From an uncultured Gammaproteobacteria bacterium (GTDB taxonomy: Bacteria; Patescibacteriota; Microgenomatia; UBA10105; UBA927): 64,000 nt of DNA. Where the stretch lies: contig CAYIBX010000003.1 in NCBI GenBank assembly GCA_964361785.1, positions 4,769-68,768 of the forward strand, written 5' to 3'. Both the position numbers and the translations under genes were made by a program. The notes below the pieces were generated by a model, which was given only the letters and a program-made list of their open reading frames with translations, did not search any database and was not told the origin of the DNA. Of the stretch, positions 45,706 to 55,756 are shown piece after piece (the first letter of the stretch is position 1; each line of letters begins with the position of its first letter).

Positions 45706-48700
45706 ATGGCAGGAGAAGAATTATCCAGAAGAATTGCTGAGGCTGCGAAAAAAGCAGCAGAGCAAGCTACGCAACAAAAGGCTGAGCAGCCACAACCTGT
45801 CGAAAACGCTCCCACAGAAAATGCAGCACCAAACGATGTGCATGAAGTACCTGCCGAGCGCATGGTTGAATTTACCAATAAAGTGACACAAGGTGTGCCA
45901 GAAGCTGCGCAAAAAATAATTGGAGCAGGTGAGTATCCCAAAGATGAGCGCGTGTTTTCTATCGTCGAGTCGCTTCTTGTGGCAGACGAGGCGATGCTTT
46001 CAGACAGCGCATACATGCGTACGATTGGAGAGAAACTAGCGACCGTTGTAAACGAGACAGGATACTTTAGCGACACAGGGGTTGAAGCACGTAAATATCT
46101 TAATCGTATTATTGCAGAAAATCCAAGTTTGGAGGATCTGCGTTTACGAGCCATGCCGGAGGTTTCTGGAGTATCTGGGTTACAAGATCAACCCGAAGAA
46201 TTATCAGGGGTCACTGACCCAGAGTATAAAGAAGTAGTTAAACAGCTTTACGACGAGCCAAACGAATCAATTCTTAAGGACACTTCTATTGGGAAAGAAC
46301 TGCAGAATTTGCAGTTTAGGTTAGAAGTTGATCCTAATTCCTTGTTTCGCGATCAGCACATGATTGACGGTGTGGTGACGCGGATGGTGATAGCGGGGCA
46401 GAAAGATGGCCTTGACGCGAAAATTGTACGTGAAGGGGTGAATAGAGCACGGGCGCTTGAAGCATGGGTGGGTGAGAGGTTGGAGGCGGAAGATACGCGA
46501 GGCATTATCAGATGGTCAGAAGTGAAAAATGATGCACCTAAAGGGGTTGAGCATGTTGATAATCAAGCATTTATGTTTCGAGACATTACTAAAGATGAAA
46601 TAGATAAGTATTTCAAACGAGGCGCCGAGGGAGAAGCAGACTGGTACTTTAACTTTATAGATCAAATTTATTCATTGGGGAGAGAAGAGTCGCGACCCGG
46701 CTTAACGCACGAGCAGCGTTTTCAAGAGTTTAAAGATTATCTAGTGTGGAAGTATGGCGACGAGTATCATTTGGCAGTCCAGCTGTATCAAAAACATTGG
46801 GACAGCCGTGGTCAGTTTGAGTACGCGGTAAAAGGCTTGATGTATAACCCTGGTGACGTAAAAGATCGTTTGAAAGCCATGTCGCTTTTGACTGGCGCAG
46901 ACCTAGACCATTTATACAAAAATTTTAATAACTCAAACGTTGCTTATAGTTTGTACGAAGGCGTCATGTTTGAGACGATGGCAGAAAAGCGTAGAAAGTA
47001 TGGAGAAGCAATTAAATATTTAGGCGAAGAGGTGACGTGGGACAAAAAACATATTAAAAGAGAGGATTTGCTTAAAGAATTAAAGAGTAAACACCGAGAA
47101 GAGGGGTTTGATCCCGAGACGGGCAAAAGGACGCAGAGCTCATTGTCTGTCGAAGACCAAAAGCTCATGTTTGAAATTCAACATCAAAACGATTTGGCGG
47201 CAGAGGGCGTAATGCTTTGGGACGATGACGTGCAAAGTTACACAGAAATGCACATAACGCTTTCCAAGCTACAGACTGAACGTGAGGGTCTTATGAAGAA
47301 AAAAAATTCAGGTGAGCCGCTTTCGGAAAAAGAAATGGATCAACTGCATGAAGTAGATAGGAAATATCAAATATATGCACATCGCGAACACATGCTCAAC
47401 GAAAATTTTACTCAAGAGTTGTTACAGACAAGAGGCTTGTCTCCCGTTGATATAGAAGTTCGCAAACGTCTCACTGAGTACTACAAAAGCACGCATAGTG
47501 GACAAGAACCGCCAGAGTATGAAGTGCGTATGGCGTTGTGGGCCGCTCGTACCGCCATGATTGGGTCAGGACGCATGGCAATGATTGGGTCCATGATGTC
47601 TATAGGGCCTCGTGAGTCTGGATACACATCTTCATCAGGCAAGGACGTTATGCGCGCACCGGCATTTGAAGATTTGCAGCGCATTTTTAATCCGGAAGTG
47701 TTTGCCTCTCGTTTTAGTATTGGTGGCGATTTTGGGAAAGTAGCACGGCAAGTGTTCAGAAAGAATTTGTTAAACACCAAGGGTATAGATGAGAAAAAGC
47801 AGGGATGGCTTAAAAAAACATGGAATGGATTGTTTAGTGGTGGAGAAGAGTCGCACGGGAAATTGAGTTATACGAAAGAATGGGGACATGCTAAAGAGCA
47901 TGAGCACGATGCCGCAAGGCGAGCCGCCATGGAAACAGCAGAATTTGCAGAAGACGCAAGCGGGATATCGTTTAGTGAATTGCTCGGCCCTGGGTTTATG
48001 AACTCGGGAGGATTTTACGATGGTACGGGATGGCGGTTAGAAAAAGGAGTGTTTGATGAATTGCGAAATAAAGTGATGGACATGAGAAAGCTGCCTGAAG
48101 GAGCGACACTTCTGGATAACCAAGCGCTCTCCATTCAGTTGTTGACGGCTAGTAACGCCGAAGAGCGTAGACCAATACTTGATCGGATGCTTAGAAGAAA
48201 CCCATCAAAATTCTTGGAGCTTTTGCAAGAAGATTCAGAAAAAATATTACAAAAGCATAATGTGACGCATGAAGAGTGGGGACAGTTTAAAGAAGCATTA
48301 TCTTTGGCTGAATTAAAGATAGCACATGAAAAAGAATGGCAGTTCGTCAGAATTGATATGGCAGACAAGAAAGATTACGATGCTCTTATTGCTCCATTTT
48401 TAAAAACCTTGGGACTTGAAGATATAGGACGCCAAGAAAATTTACGTCAAGTGTTGGTCGACATGCAGTCGGTACTGTATGAAAAACGAACAGTTGAGAC
48501 TGGAGGCGGGAAGGTGTTTCACACAAAAATGGATGCAGTCGCTGAATTAAAGCTCCCATTGACTATGTCCATGACAGATTTTGATTGGAAGGAAAGTAAC
48601 TTTTATCAATTAGGAACAGTCGCAATGCATCGTAGAATTCGTGATGTAGGATCTCAAATGCGCGCGCGCGACGCAATTTTGGGCATTATATCCAATCAAG

Positions 48701-49311
48701 AAATGGTGCTTTCACCCGTTGACTACTCAAAGACACTTGAAAAGTTTCGGGAAGTGAGGGAGGCGATTATAGACTATTCCGGCGCAGACGCGGCTGAGGC
48801 GACGGTGAAAGAGTTAGCCCGCGTCTTTTTGGAGATGAACAGACACAAGCACATAAATCTCGAGTGGATACCATTTGATTTGGGAACGAAAGCTTTTAAA
48901 GAAATGGCTGAGTGGGATTTGCGATGGTTGAAAAATGCATGGATTTTAACACCATTTAAGCTTGCCGCTGGGAAAGAGCGGTGGAATAAATTAATGGATG
49001 ATAAGGTGATGCACTGGCCACATTCATTCGGTGAATACATATCATATGCAGTGCGTTACACAGGCAGCCATGCCAATGCCTATGATGAGGCGAAAATGGA
49101 AGAGATTATTTCCGGCATGGAACAAATGGGTTTATTTATCAATCACCATGAGTATGGACATGATTTGCGAAACGAGTTTAAGACGCGTTTAGGGTTTCGG
49201 TTGTGGAGCCAAGTACGTAAATATTGGTTTGTGCTTTTTGCAATCACCGTTGCTACTGCTGCCACGCAGGCAGTGACAGAAGAAGGTAAAAAGGATGGAG
49301 GAGGACATTAA
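45706..49311 (+). CDS. Large hypothetical protein (1201 aa) with C-terminal TM
   Basis: Long open frame, charged and helical, single hydrophobic segment at C-terminus. Confidence 0.8.
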   Translation: MAGEELSRRIAEAAKKAAEQATQQKAEQPQPVENAPTENAAPNDVHEVPAERMVEFTNKVTQGVPEAAQKIIGAGEYPKDERVFSIVESLLVADEAMLSDSAYMRTIGEKLATVVNETGYFSDTGVEARKYLNRIIAENPSLEDLRLRAMPEVSGVSGLQDQPEELSGVTDPEYKEVVKQLYDEPNESILKDTSIGKELQNLQFRLEVDPNSLFRDQHMIDGVVTRMVIAGQKDGLDAKIVREGVNRARALEAWVGERLEAEDTRGIIRWSEVKNDAPKGVEHVDNQAFMFRDITKDEIDKYFKRGAEGEADWYFNFIDQIYSLGREESRPGLTHEQRFQEFKDYLVWKYGDEYHLAVQLYQKHWDSRGQFEYAVKGLMYNPGDVKDRLKAMSLLTGADLDHLYKNFNNSNVAYSLYEGVMFETMAEKRRKYGEAIKYLGEEVTWDKKHIKREDLLKELKSKHREEGFDPETGKRTQSSLSVEDQKLMFEIQHQNDLAAEGVMLWDDDVQSYTEMHITLSKLQTEREGLMKKKNSGEPLSEKEMDQLHEVDRKYQIYAHREHMLNENFTQELLQTRGLSPVDIEVRKRLTEYYKSTHSGQEPPEYEVRMALWAARTAMIGSGRMAMIGSMMSIGPRESGYTSSSGKDVMRAPAFEDLQRIFNPEVFASRFSIGGDFGKVARQVFRKNLLNTKGIDEKKQGWLKKTWNGLFSGGEESHGKLSYTKEWGHAKEHEHDAARRAAMETAEFAEDASGISFSELLGPGFMNSGGFYDGTGWRLEKGVFDELRNKVMDMRKLPEGATLLDNQALSIQLLTASNAEERRPILDRMLRRNPSKFLELLQEDSEKILQKHNVTHEEWGQFKEALSLAELKIAHEKEWQFVRIDMADKKDYDALIAPFLKTLGLEDIGRQENLRQVLVDMQSVLYEKRTVETGGGKVFHTKMDAVAELKLPLTMSMTDFDWKESNFYQLGTVAMHRRIRDVGSQMRARDAILGIISNQEMVLSPVDYSKTLEKFREVREAIIDYSGADAAEATVKELARVFLEMNRHKHINLEWIPFDLGTKAFKEMAEWDLRWLKNAWILTPFKLAAGKERWNKLMDDKVMHWPHSFGEYISYAVRYTGSHANAYDEAKMEEIISGMEQMGLFINHHEYGHDLRNEFKTRLGFRLWSQVRKYWFVLFAITVATAATQAVTEEGKKDGGGH

Positions 49312-49317
49312 TTTTTA

Positions 49318-50925
49318 TTAGTGCTCTTCACCCTGTCCTTCGCCGGTGAGCGCCCCAAATCCTTGTTGTGAGCCTTTTCTGACGACTTGTGAAGGGGATG
49401 CCCCGTGCCCCTTGCTTCCAAACATGCTTTTGATCATACTTCCTTGATACCAGATATTCATAAGAGATCCTGCGCCTTGACCAAGAGGCCCAAACATGGC
49501 GCCAAGGCCTCCTGGGATTGCTGGTTCTGCCTTCATAGATTTTTGAATACCAGCAACAAACGTTGGAATGATAAGAATCATGCCAAGTCCTATAATTCCC
49601 GCCATCCCGTAACTACCCCCCCCTGATGATAATAGCGGAGGCGCCCAAATAGTGGCTGCGTTATCAGTGTATGTGAGAATAGCAGACACCAAAAGAAGAA
49701 TAATCGTGATCGGAAACACGATGAGCTTTGATACTAAATGTCGAAGCCATGAGTTAAATGATGTAGATCCTGGAATTGCTTCTAGAACGAGCTGAAATGG
49801 TGCGGTCAGAAGGGCAATAATGATGTTTATATACGCATCAATGAGCATGAAGAGGATGCGAATAAATCCAAACAGGAGCACGAGTAAAATAATGAGAATT
49901 AAAAGCACAGGACCGCTAAAAAGAGAAAGTCCTAGAAGAGCGCCCTTGGTTCCTCCAATAAAGGCACCAAGAAGACCAGGGATGATAAAAGAGAGCTTTT
50001 GTACAACTGGATTTGTACCCCCAAACACGTCTCCAATATCATTCCATGCACCTAAGCCACTGCCAAAGAAAAATCGTGTAAATCCCCAGAATCCACCACT
50101 GAATAAATAATCGGTTGCTTCTTTGGTCGTCCATGTCAAGTTAACAGGCTGTCCTGAAAGATAGTTTGGTATTGCAGCAGCTTTGCACACACTACTAGAG
50201 ACGCTGAGCGCTTTCCCAATGCTATCACCGATAGAGCTGTTGGCAATCATGGAGATGGCTAGGGCAATAAGAAGATACATACCGTCTATAAGAAGCCCGA
50301 CAATTGCGTAGGAAAATGTGACCAGAAGCAGGGCTACAACTATACGGGGGATTGAGTTTTGTACCGTGACGACAGTTTTGGGGTCAATTTTTTTGCGAAA
50401 CATAACCATGAGTCCAACCATGATGAGAATGACTGCCAGTATTCCATACGAGATGTCTCGAAATACTTTCCAGAGAGGAAGCAGTGTGGCAAGGCCCGAA
50501 AATCCTATGCCCTGTGCGTTGACACGAGGTGTTACAAATCCTAATGACCGACCAATGTCCATGGCATATTCAGCGGTAGACGCAGGGGGGTTGGTATAGA
50601 TTGCTGTAATAGACCCACCAATGCCGCTGAGCGCACCTTTTTGGAAATTAAGAGCTGTTGGACACTGTGCGTCTGTCGTGTCCCATGCGCCACCAATCAT
50701 GATGGATAACGCGTTGATGCTATTATTGGTGGTCGCAAAATTTGATCCTTCTAAATTCAGGGTCCCCTCATTTGATTTTTTGAGTACTTGGGTAAAACAC
50801 GACATTGATTGACCAATCCACGAGCATTCTTCGTTTTCTAGTGCTAAAACAGAAAAGATAGGATAACTTACGGCAAGAAATGTTAAAAAGAGCGCCGTAA
50901 TAAGATATTGTATTGTTTTTTTCAT
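49318..50925 (-). CDS. VirB6/TrbL-like polytopic membrane protein
   Basis: Signal, W..FRDISY, ALLLVTFSYAIVGLLID, multiple TMs; next to pilins. Confidence 0.7.
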   Translation of the reverse strand: MKKTIQYLITALFLTFLAVSYPIFSVLALENEECSWIGQSMSCFTQVLKKSNEGTLNLEGSNFATTNNSINALSIMIGGAWDTTDAQCPTALNFQKGALSGIGGSITAIYTNPPASTAEYAMDIGRSLGFVTPRVNAQGIGFSGLATLLPLWKVFRDISYGILAVILIMVGLMVMFRKKIDPKTVVTVQNSIPRIVVALLLVTFSYAIVGLLIDGMYLLIALAISMIANSSIGDSIGKALSVSSSVCKAAAIPNYLSGQPVNLTWTTKEATDYLFSGGFWGFTRFFFGSGLGAWNDIGDVFGGTNPVVQKLSFIIPGLLGAFIGGTKGALLGLSLFSGPVLLILIILLVLLFGFIRILFMLIDAYINIIIALLTAPFQLVLEAIPGSTSFNSWLRHLVSKLIVFPITIILLLVSAILTYTDNAATIWAPPLLSSGGGSYGMAGIIGLGMILIIPTFVAGIQKSMKAEPAIPGGLGAMFGPLGQGAGSLMNIWYQGSMIKSMFGSKGHGASPSQVVRKGSQQGFGALTGEGQGEEH

Positions 50926-50977
50926 GCTAAAATTATTATCTCAAAACCATTTGCATGGCGCAATGACCGTAACGTTT

Positions 50978-51310
50978 TTATTGAAATTCAGGGACGGTAA
51001 ATGTGGTGATGCTCTCAATTCCTGTAAATCTGCCGATAAGATTTATAATAAGATACGCCGCAGACATGATGATAAGTCCCATAATGGCTTGGCTTATAGT
51101 GCCTCGTGCCTGTTCGAGCTTTTTAGGGTCCCCTGATGAGAAGAGAAAGTTAAATCCACCGACCAAGAGCATAAGAAAGAGCGCAATGCCCCCAAACGCA
51201 ACTACCGCCCTCACGATGTTTTCAAAGAGCGGGCCAAGACAAGAAAGTGTCGCTACGTCCTCAGAGTTTGGTACGCCTTTAGCAAAACAAGCAGTATCCC
51301 ATGCAGCCAT
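50978..51310 (-). CDS. TrbC/VirB2-like pilin
   Basis: GGFNFLFSSGDPKKLEQAR..I..AIMGL. Confidence 0.85.
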   Translation of the reverse strand: MAAWDTACFAKGVPNSEDVATLSCLGPLFENIVRAVVAFGGIALFLMLLVGGFNFLFSSGDPKKLEQARGTISQAIMGLIIMSAAYLIINLIGRFTGIESITTFTVPEFQ

Positions 51311-51329
51311 AAAGAGAGTATATCAAAAA

Positions 51330-51662
51330 TTAGTACGGCTTGGGGAAGTTTAAGCTTCCGCCGATGATCTGCACGCCCAAGAAGTTTTGGACGAGATTCA
51401 TGATGGCCCATGCAGCTCCTACGATGATAAGACCAACAATTGCATGGGTAATTTTATTTCTGGCTTCTTCCATGCCTGCCTTGTCGCCGCCAGAGGTAAT
51501 CCACTTTATGCCACCCAGCAGTAAATATAAGAAAGCCAAAAGTGAAGCGATGATAAGCGTCGTGCCGACAAGCGCTGAAATAAGCTGACCAATGTCAGTA
51601 ATTTTGACGACATCTGTAGGCTGTTTGATTTCGAGTTTCGCTTGCGCAAATATTTTTTCCAT
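51330..51662 (-). CDS. TrbC/VirB2-like pilin
   Basis: GGIKWITSGGDK..EEARNKITHAIVGL. Confidence 0.85.
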   Translation of the reverse strand: MEKIFAQAKLEIKQPTDVVKITDIGQLISALVGTTLIIASLLAFLYLLLGGIKWITSGGDKAGMEEARNKITHAIVGLIIVGAAWAIMNLVQNFLGVQIIGGSLNFPKPY

Positions 51663-51739
51663 AGATGTAATTATATCCTACTTACCATTCTTGCGCAAGA
51701 AATTGATCCTTGTCAAGGACCATCGTTAGTATAGGCACA

Positions 51740-52087
51740 TTAGCTTCCAACGGTGGGAATAGGAATGTTTGGAAAATCAATGCCAATAAATTGGCTGACC
51801 AATGTAGTGATAGCCCAGACCGTGCCGACGATGATAAGGCCTACTAACGCGTTGGTAATTTTGTCTCTAGCCGATGTAAGTTTTGTTTTATCCCCTCCTG
51901 ATGTAATCCAATCAAATCCGCCCAGAAGTAAATAGAGAAAAGCGATGATAAAACAAAGTATCATGATAGCCCCTATTACACCGCCCAATACTGCTCCGAG
52001 AGCAGAAGCGCCAGCTTCTGTGCCGCCGCTTCCAAGACTGCCAGGGAGAACGGGGTTTGTAATTTGTGTGAGCAAACGATTGGTCAT
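51740..52087 (-). CDS. TrbC/VirB2-like pilin
   Basis: GGFDWITSGGDK..TSARDKITNALVGL. Confidence 0.85.
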   Translation of the reverse strand: MTNRLLTQITNPVLPGSLGSGGTEAGASALGAVLGGVIGAIMILCFIIAFLYLLLGGFDWITSGGDKTKLTSARDKITNALVGLIIVGTVWAITTLVSQFIGIDFPNIPIPTVGS

Positions 52088-52092
52088 AGTGT

Positions 52093-52464
52093 TTATTGTG
52101 AGAGAGAATCCATAATGCCACCAGGATTTGATAGTGTGAAATCGACACCAAAGAATTGACCAGCAAGAGAAAGTATTGCCCAGCCTACAACCACGACAAG
52201 AAGACCAATAAGTGAGTTTGTTATCCGGTCGCGAGCTGATTGCAGCTTGGCTTTATCGCCTCCTGATGTGATCCAGTTAAATCCGCCGATAAGAAATTGA
52301 AAAATAAACCATATAAATCCTGAGATGGTCATGAAGCCTATTATGGAAGAAACGAGTCGCGATATGTTTATAAGGCCTTCGGTGCCGTCGGAGACATTGG
52401 CAAATGGACCGAGCCCACCGCCTTCACCGATTCGCCCTAATTCTTGTGCAAATATTGTTTTCAT
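52093..52464 (-). CDS. TrbC/VirB2-like pilin
   Basis: GGFNWITSGGDK..QSARDRITNSLIGL. Confidence 0.85.
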   Translation of the reverse strand: MKTIFAQELGRIGEGGGLGPFANVSDGTEGLINISRLVSSIIGFMTISGFIWFIFQFLIGGFNWITSGGDKAKLQSARDRITNSLIGLLVVVVGWAILSLAGQFFGVDFTLSNPGGIMDSLSQ

Positions 52465-52466
52465 TA

Positions 52467-52823
52467 TTATGGACTGACTATTTTCGGATTGAGTATAAAC
52501 GTTGCGTCATTAAAGAGAAGTTTTCCCACCACAGCCGCGAGAGCAAAAGACCCCACGATCACGACAAGTCCTAATAGCGAATTCCAAATTTTATCCCACG
52601 CAGAGTTTAGTGCCTTTGTGTCTCCGCCAGCGTTCATATATTGAAAGCCTGCGATAATAAAATTAAAGAGCGCTAAAATACCGCCCCCTACAAATACAAG
52701 GCGTAATATATTTGTGATAAGCAGTCCAAATCCACCGAAAACATTTGCGTAACCGCCGATTAAAGGGCTGGTGACCGATCCTACTATGTCATCTTCTGCA
52801 AAGATGCGTTCTATAAGCGTCAT
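52467..52823 (-). CDS. TrbC/VirB2-like pilin
   Basis: AGFQYMNAGGD...AWDKIWNSLLGL. Confidence 0.85.
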   Translation of the reverse strand: MTLIERIFAEDDIVGSVTSPLIGGYANVFGGFGLLITNILRLVFVGGGILALFNFIIAGFQYMNAGGDTKALNSAWDKIWNSLLGLVVIVGSFALAAVVGKLLFNDATFILNPKIVSP

Positions 52824-52827
52824 ATCG

Positions 52828-53133
52828 TTATGGTATCACAGGGTTTAATATCTGGATACCAGTGAGCGTTTCTATAAGTTGTATTATCCAAAATGATGCA
52901 AAAATAAGAAGGAGCCCAACAACGGCTCCTGTGAGCGCCGCTTTTCCTTTTTCTGCGTGTTTAGGGTTGCCAGCGGAAGTGATGATTTGAAATCCGCCAA
53001 AGACGATCATAAACAATGTTACTACCCCAGCGATTACAAATACGTTTGACACAATGACTTTTACAAATCCGCCAAACGTTGTTATGGTGGAGGGGGAAAG
53101 CTCTGAGAGTTCGACTGCGTGTACAATGTTCAT
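52828..53133 (-). CDS. TrbC/VirB2-like pilin
   Basis: GGFQIITSAGNP...KGKAALTGAVVGL. Confidence 0.85.
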   Translation of the reverse strand: MNIVHAVELSELSPSTITTFGGFVKVIVSNVFVIAGVVTLFMIVFGGFQIITSAGNPKHAEKGKAALTGAVVGLLLIFASFWIIQLIETLTGIQILNPVIP

Positions 53134-53187
53134 ATTTTAAGTGTACGAAAACTCGCACAGAATCTCAAGATCTTGTATACTCACCGC

Positions 53188-53727
53188 ATGGACGACGTCA
53201 CCCTCGTTTCTCAGCTTCTTAAAAAGGATCGTCGCAGCGCTGGCATCTTTTACCAGACGTACGCGCCGAAGATTAAAAGGTACGTGCATGCAAAGGTAGG
53301 AGTATACGAAGACGCAGAAGATTTGGTGCAAGATATTCTTTTTTCGTTTCTTGAGGCTGCTCGTGATTTTCGTGGGAATAGCAGTATACAGACATACCTT
53401 TACTCTATAGCACATCACAAAGTGATTGATTATTATCGTAAGAAAAAAATTAAACAACTCGTGTTTTCTCAAATGCCACAATTGGAATCGTTGATTTCTC
53501 CGCTTCTTGATCCACAAGCGCAGCTTGATGCGACACTGGTGAGTGAAAAGATACAGCACGCGTTGGGAACATTGCTCCCCATTCATCGCACTGTGTTGCT
53601 TCTCAAATACCTTGACGATGTTTCAGTATCGGGTATAGCAAAGCAGTTGTCCATAACGCTCAAAAGCGCTGAGTCACGATTGTTTCGTGCACGACGAGCC
53701 TTTGTAGCATCATTTCTTTCGTTATAA
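53188..53727 (+). CDS. ECF RNA polymerase sigma factor
   Basis: DAEDLVQD, TYLYSIA..KVIDYYRK, AESRLFRAR. Confidence 0.9.
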   Translation: MDDVTLVSQLLKKDRRSAGIFYQTYAPKIKRYVHAKVGVYEDAEDLVQDILFSFLEAARDFRGNSSIQTYLYSIAHHKVIDYYRKKKIKQLVFSQMPQLESLISPLLDPQAQLDATLVSEKIQHALGTLLPIHRTVLLLKYLDDVSVSGIAKQLSITLKSAESRLFRARRAFVASFLSL

Positions 53728-53728
53728 T

Positions 53729-53959
53729 ATGGCAGATCTTTTGTTTACAAATTTTATGAAACGTTGGGAAGAGGTGACTGAATTACCACCCCAACAGTTT
53801 GGCAGGCTTACCAATGTATATAAGATGGTGACTGGACGCATAAAAACTATGCCATGGCTTGCTTTTTTTGGCGTGAGTTCGCTTGTGGTTGGTTCTGTGT
53901 ACTTCTTTTTAGGTTCAACGATTGTGTGGATAGTCTCACTTTTGCAAAAAGGATTTTAA
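53729..53959 (+). CDS. Small membrane protein (possible anti-sigma)
   Basis: 76 aa, C-terminal TM, 1 nt after sigma gene. Confidence 0.55.
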   Translation: MADLLFTNFMKRWEEVTELPPQQFGRLTNVYKMVTGRIKTMPWLAFFGVSSLVVGSVYFFLGSTIVWIVSLLQKGF

Positions 53960-54001
53960 CTTCTCTCCGCGGGTTTTAGCCCGCATTTACGACTAGTATA
54001 T

Positions 54002-54619
54002 ATGCTCGTTGCGCTCCTTCAATCAGGTTTTGCGTTTTTTCGTCACTTTGTGGGAATTATCATTTCGCCCTACGAGACCTATAGGGATATCGAAAAACGT
54101 GGTCGTATAGGAGAGATGGTGTATATCGGTCTTTTAGTTGGGCTGTATTTTTCTCTTTCAAGTGTGGTAAAAATAGCTTCATTTCACCCATTACTTCTTT
54201 CTCGGTACGCATTCGTATTATTCGCTTCAGCACTGAGTGGATTTGGGCTCATCGTTTCAGTGCTGGTTTTGACTGGGCGATTATTAGGGCGACAGACAAG
54301 TATCGGACGCATAAGTCTTTTGTGGGCGTATACGCTTGTGCCGACGGTTGTATGGTTTTTATGTACGTCACTTTTATATATATTTATTCCTCCACCTAGA
54401 ACCACCAATATCTCTGGAGTAGCCTTAAGCATCGTGTACCTTGTTGTTTCAGCAATGATTTTTTGGTGGAAATTGACGCTTTCGTATCTTGCGTTGCGGT
54501 TTGGTTTGAAGCTTGATTTTAGCAAAATTTTGATTTTCGTTTTGGTTTCAGTACCCATACTTATTCTATGGTCATACATGATGTATGCCATTGGCATATA
54601 TAAGGTACCATTTTTATGA
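54002..54619 (+). CDS. YIP1-like membrane protein
   Basis: IISPYETY start, about 5 TM, WAYTLVP. Confidence 0.65.
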   Translation: MLVALLQSGFAFFRHFVGIIISPYETYRDIEKRGRIGEMVYIGLLVGLYFSLSSVVKIASFHPLLLSRYAFVLFASALSGFGLIVSVLVLTGRLLGRQTSIGRISLLWAYTLVPTVVWFLCTSLLYIFIPPPRTTNISGVALSIVYLVVSAMIFWWKLTLSYLALRFGLKLDFSKILIFVLVSVPILILWSYMMYAIGIYKVPFL

Positions 54620-55755
54620 AATTGCGATCAGCACTATCAGTAAAATCTCGTCGCGAAGAAGTAGAGAAAGAGACTCGTGTATTGTTAACCAACATTGGGA
54701 CGTTTAGCGTCGATGAGAATGTGGCGAGCAAAAGAAATTGTGAAAACATGATTGGCGTCGCTCAAGTGCCGTTGGGTATTGCAGGACCCCTCGCACTGTT
54801 AACTGTTAAAGGTGAATTGTTAAATGTTTATCTTCCTCTCGCAACGACTGAAGGAGCGTTGGTGGCGTCGGTTAGTCGCGGCTGCAAGGCGATAACGGAG
54901 TCTGGAGGAGCAGGTGTAGATAGTTACCGTGTTGGGGCCACCCGCGGTCCGGTTTTTAAGGTCAAGAATTTGCATGAAAGCGATGTATTTAATAAATTTT
55001 TGGAAGAACACTTCGAGAGTTTGCAAAAAATTACAAAGACAACCTCAAACCACTTAACACTTACAAAATATATGGATCGCGGAGTCGGTCGGTATAGATA
55101 TGTACGATTTGTGTTTGACACAGAAGACGCCATGGGCATGAACATGGTAACAATTGCGACACAAAAACTAGTTGAATATATTGAGCTCCATACGTCTTCA
55201 CGATGTATTTCCTTGGCGGGAAATTACGACGTCGACAAAAAACCTTCGTGGCTCAATGTTATTGAAGGACGAGGTATAAAAGCGTGGGCGGAGGTGACGC
55301 TTCCGTCAAAAATACTCAAAGACGTTTTAAAAACGACTGCTCAAAAATTTTATGACGTGTGGCTTTCAAAGTGCATGATTGGCAGTGCCATGGCAGGATC
55401 GATGGCATTTAATGCCCAGTTTGCAAATATAATTGCTGCCGTATTTTTAGCGACGGGACAGGATCTTGGGCATGTGGGCGAGGCAAGCTTGGGTGTGACA
55501 ACCGCTGAGGTAGTGAATGGAAAAGACTTATATGTAAGTATATATCTTCCTGATCTTATGGTAGGTATCGTGGGTGGAGGCACAGGCCTTGCAACACAGA
55601 AAGAGGCGTTATCGATTGTGAGAGCCGCAAATAGTAAACAATTTGCTGAAATAATTGCAGGTGCGGTGCTAGCAGGAGAAATTTCATTATTAGCGTCGCT
55701 TAGTGAGGGGACGTTAGCAAAAGCACATCAAGAACTAGCAAGAGGAAAGAGATAA
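54616..55755 (+). CDS. hmgA: HMG-CoA reductase, class I (archaeal/eukaryotic type)
   Basis: CENMIG, PLATTEGALVAS, DAMGMNM, VGGGT, VLAGEISL..AH. Confidence 0.93.
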   Translation: MKLRSALSVKSRREEVEKETRVLLTNIGTFSVDENVASKRNCENMIGVAQVPLGIAGPLALLTVKGELLNVYLPLATTEGALVASVSRGCKAITESGGAGVDSYRVGATRGPVFKVKNLHESDVFNKFLEEHFESLQKITKTTSNHLTLTKYMDRGVGRYRYVRFVFDTEDAMGMNMVTIATQKLVEYIELHTSSRCISLAGNYDVDKKPSWLNVIEGRGIKAWAEVTLPSKILKDVLKTTAQKFYDVWLSKCMIGSAMAGSMAFNAQFANIIAAVFLATGQDLGHVGEASLGVTTAEVVNGKDLYVSIYLPDLMVGIVGGGTGLATQKEALSIVRAANSKQFAEIIAGAVLAGEISLLASLSEGTLAKAHQELARGKR

Positions 55756-55756
55756 T

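Noticed and set aside
50978-53133. Pilin array as a DGR or invertible cassette system
   Set aside because: Copies are divergent at DNA level; no reverse transcriptase, template repeat or inverted recombination sites seen
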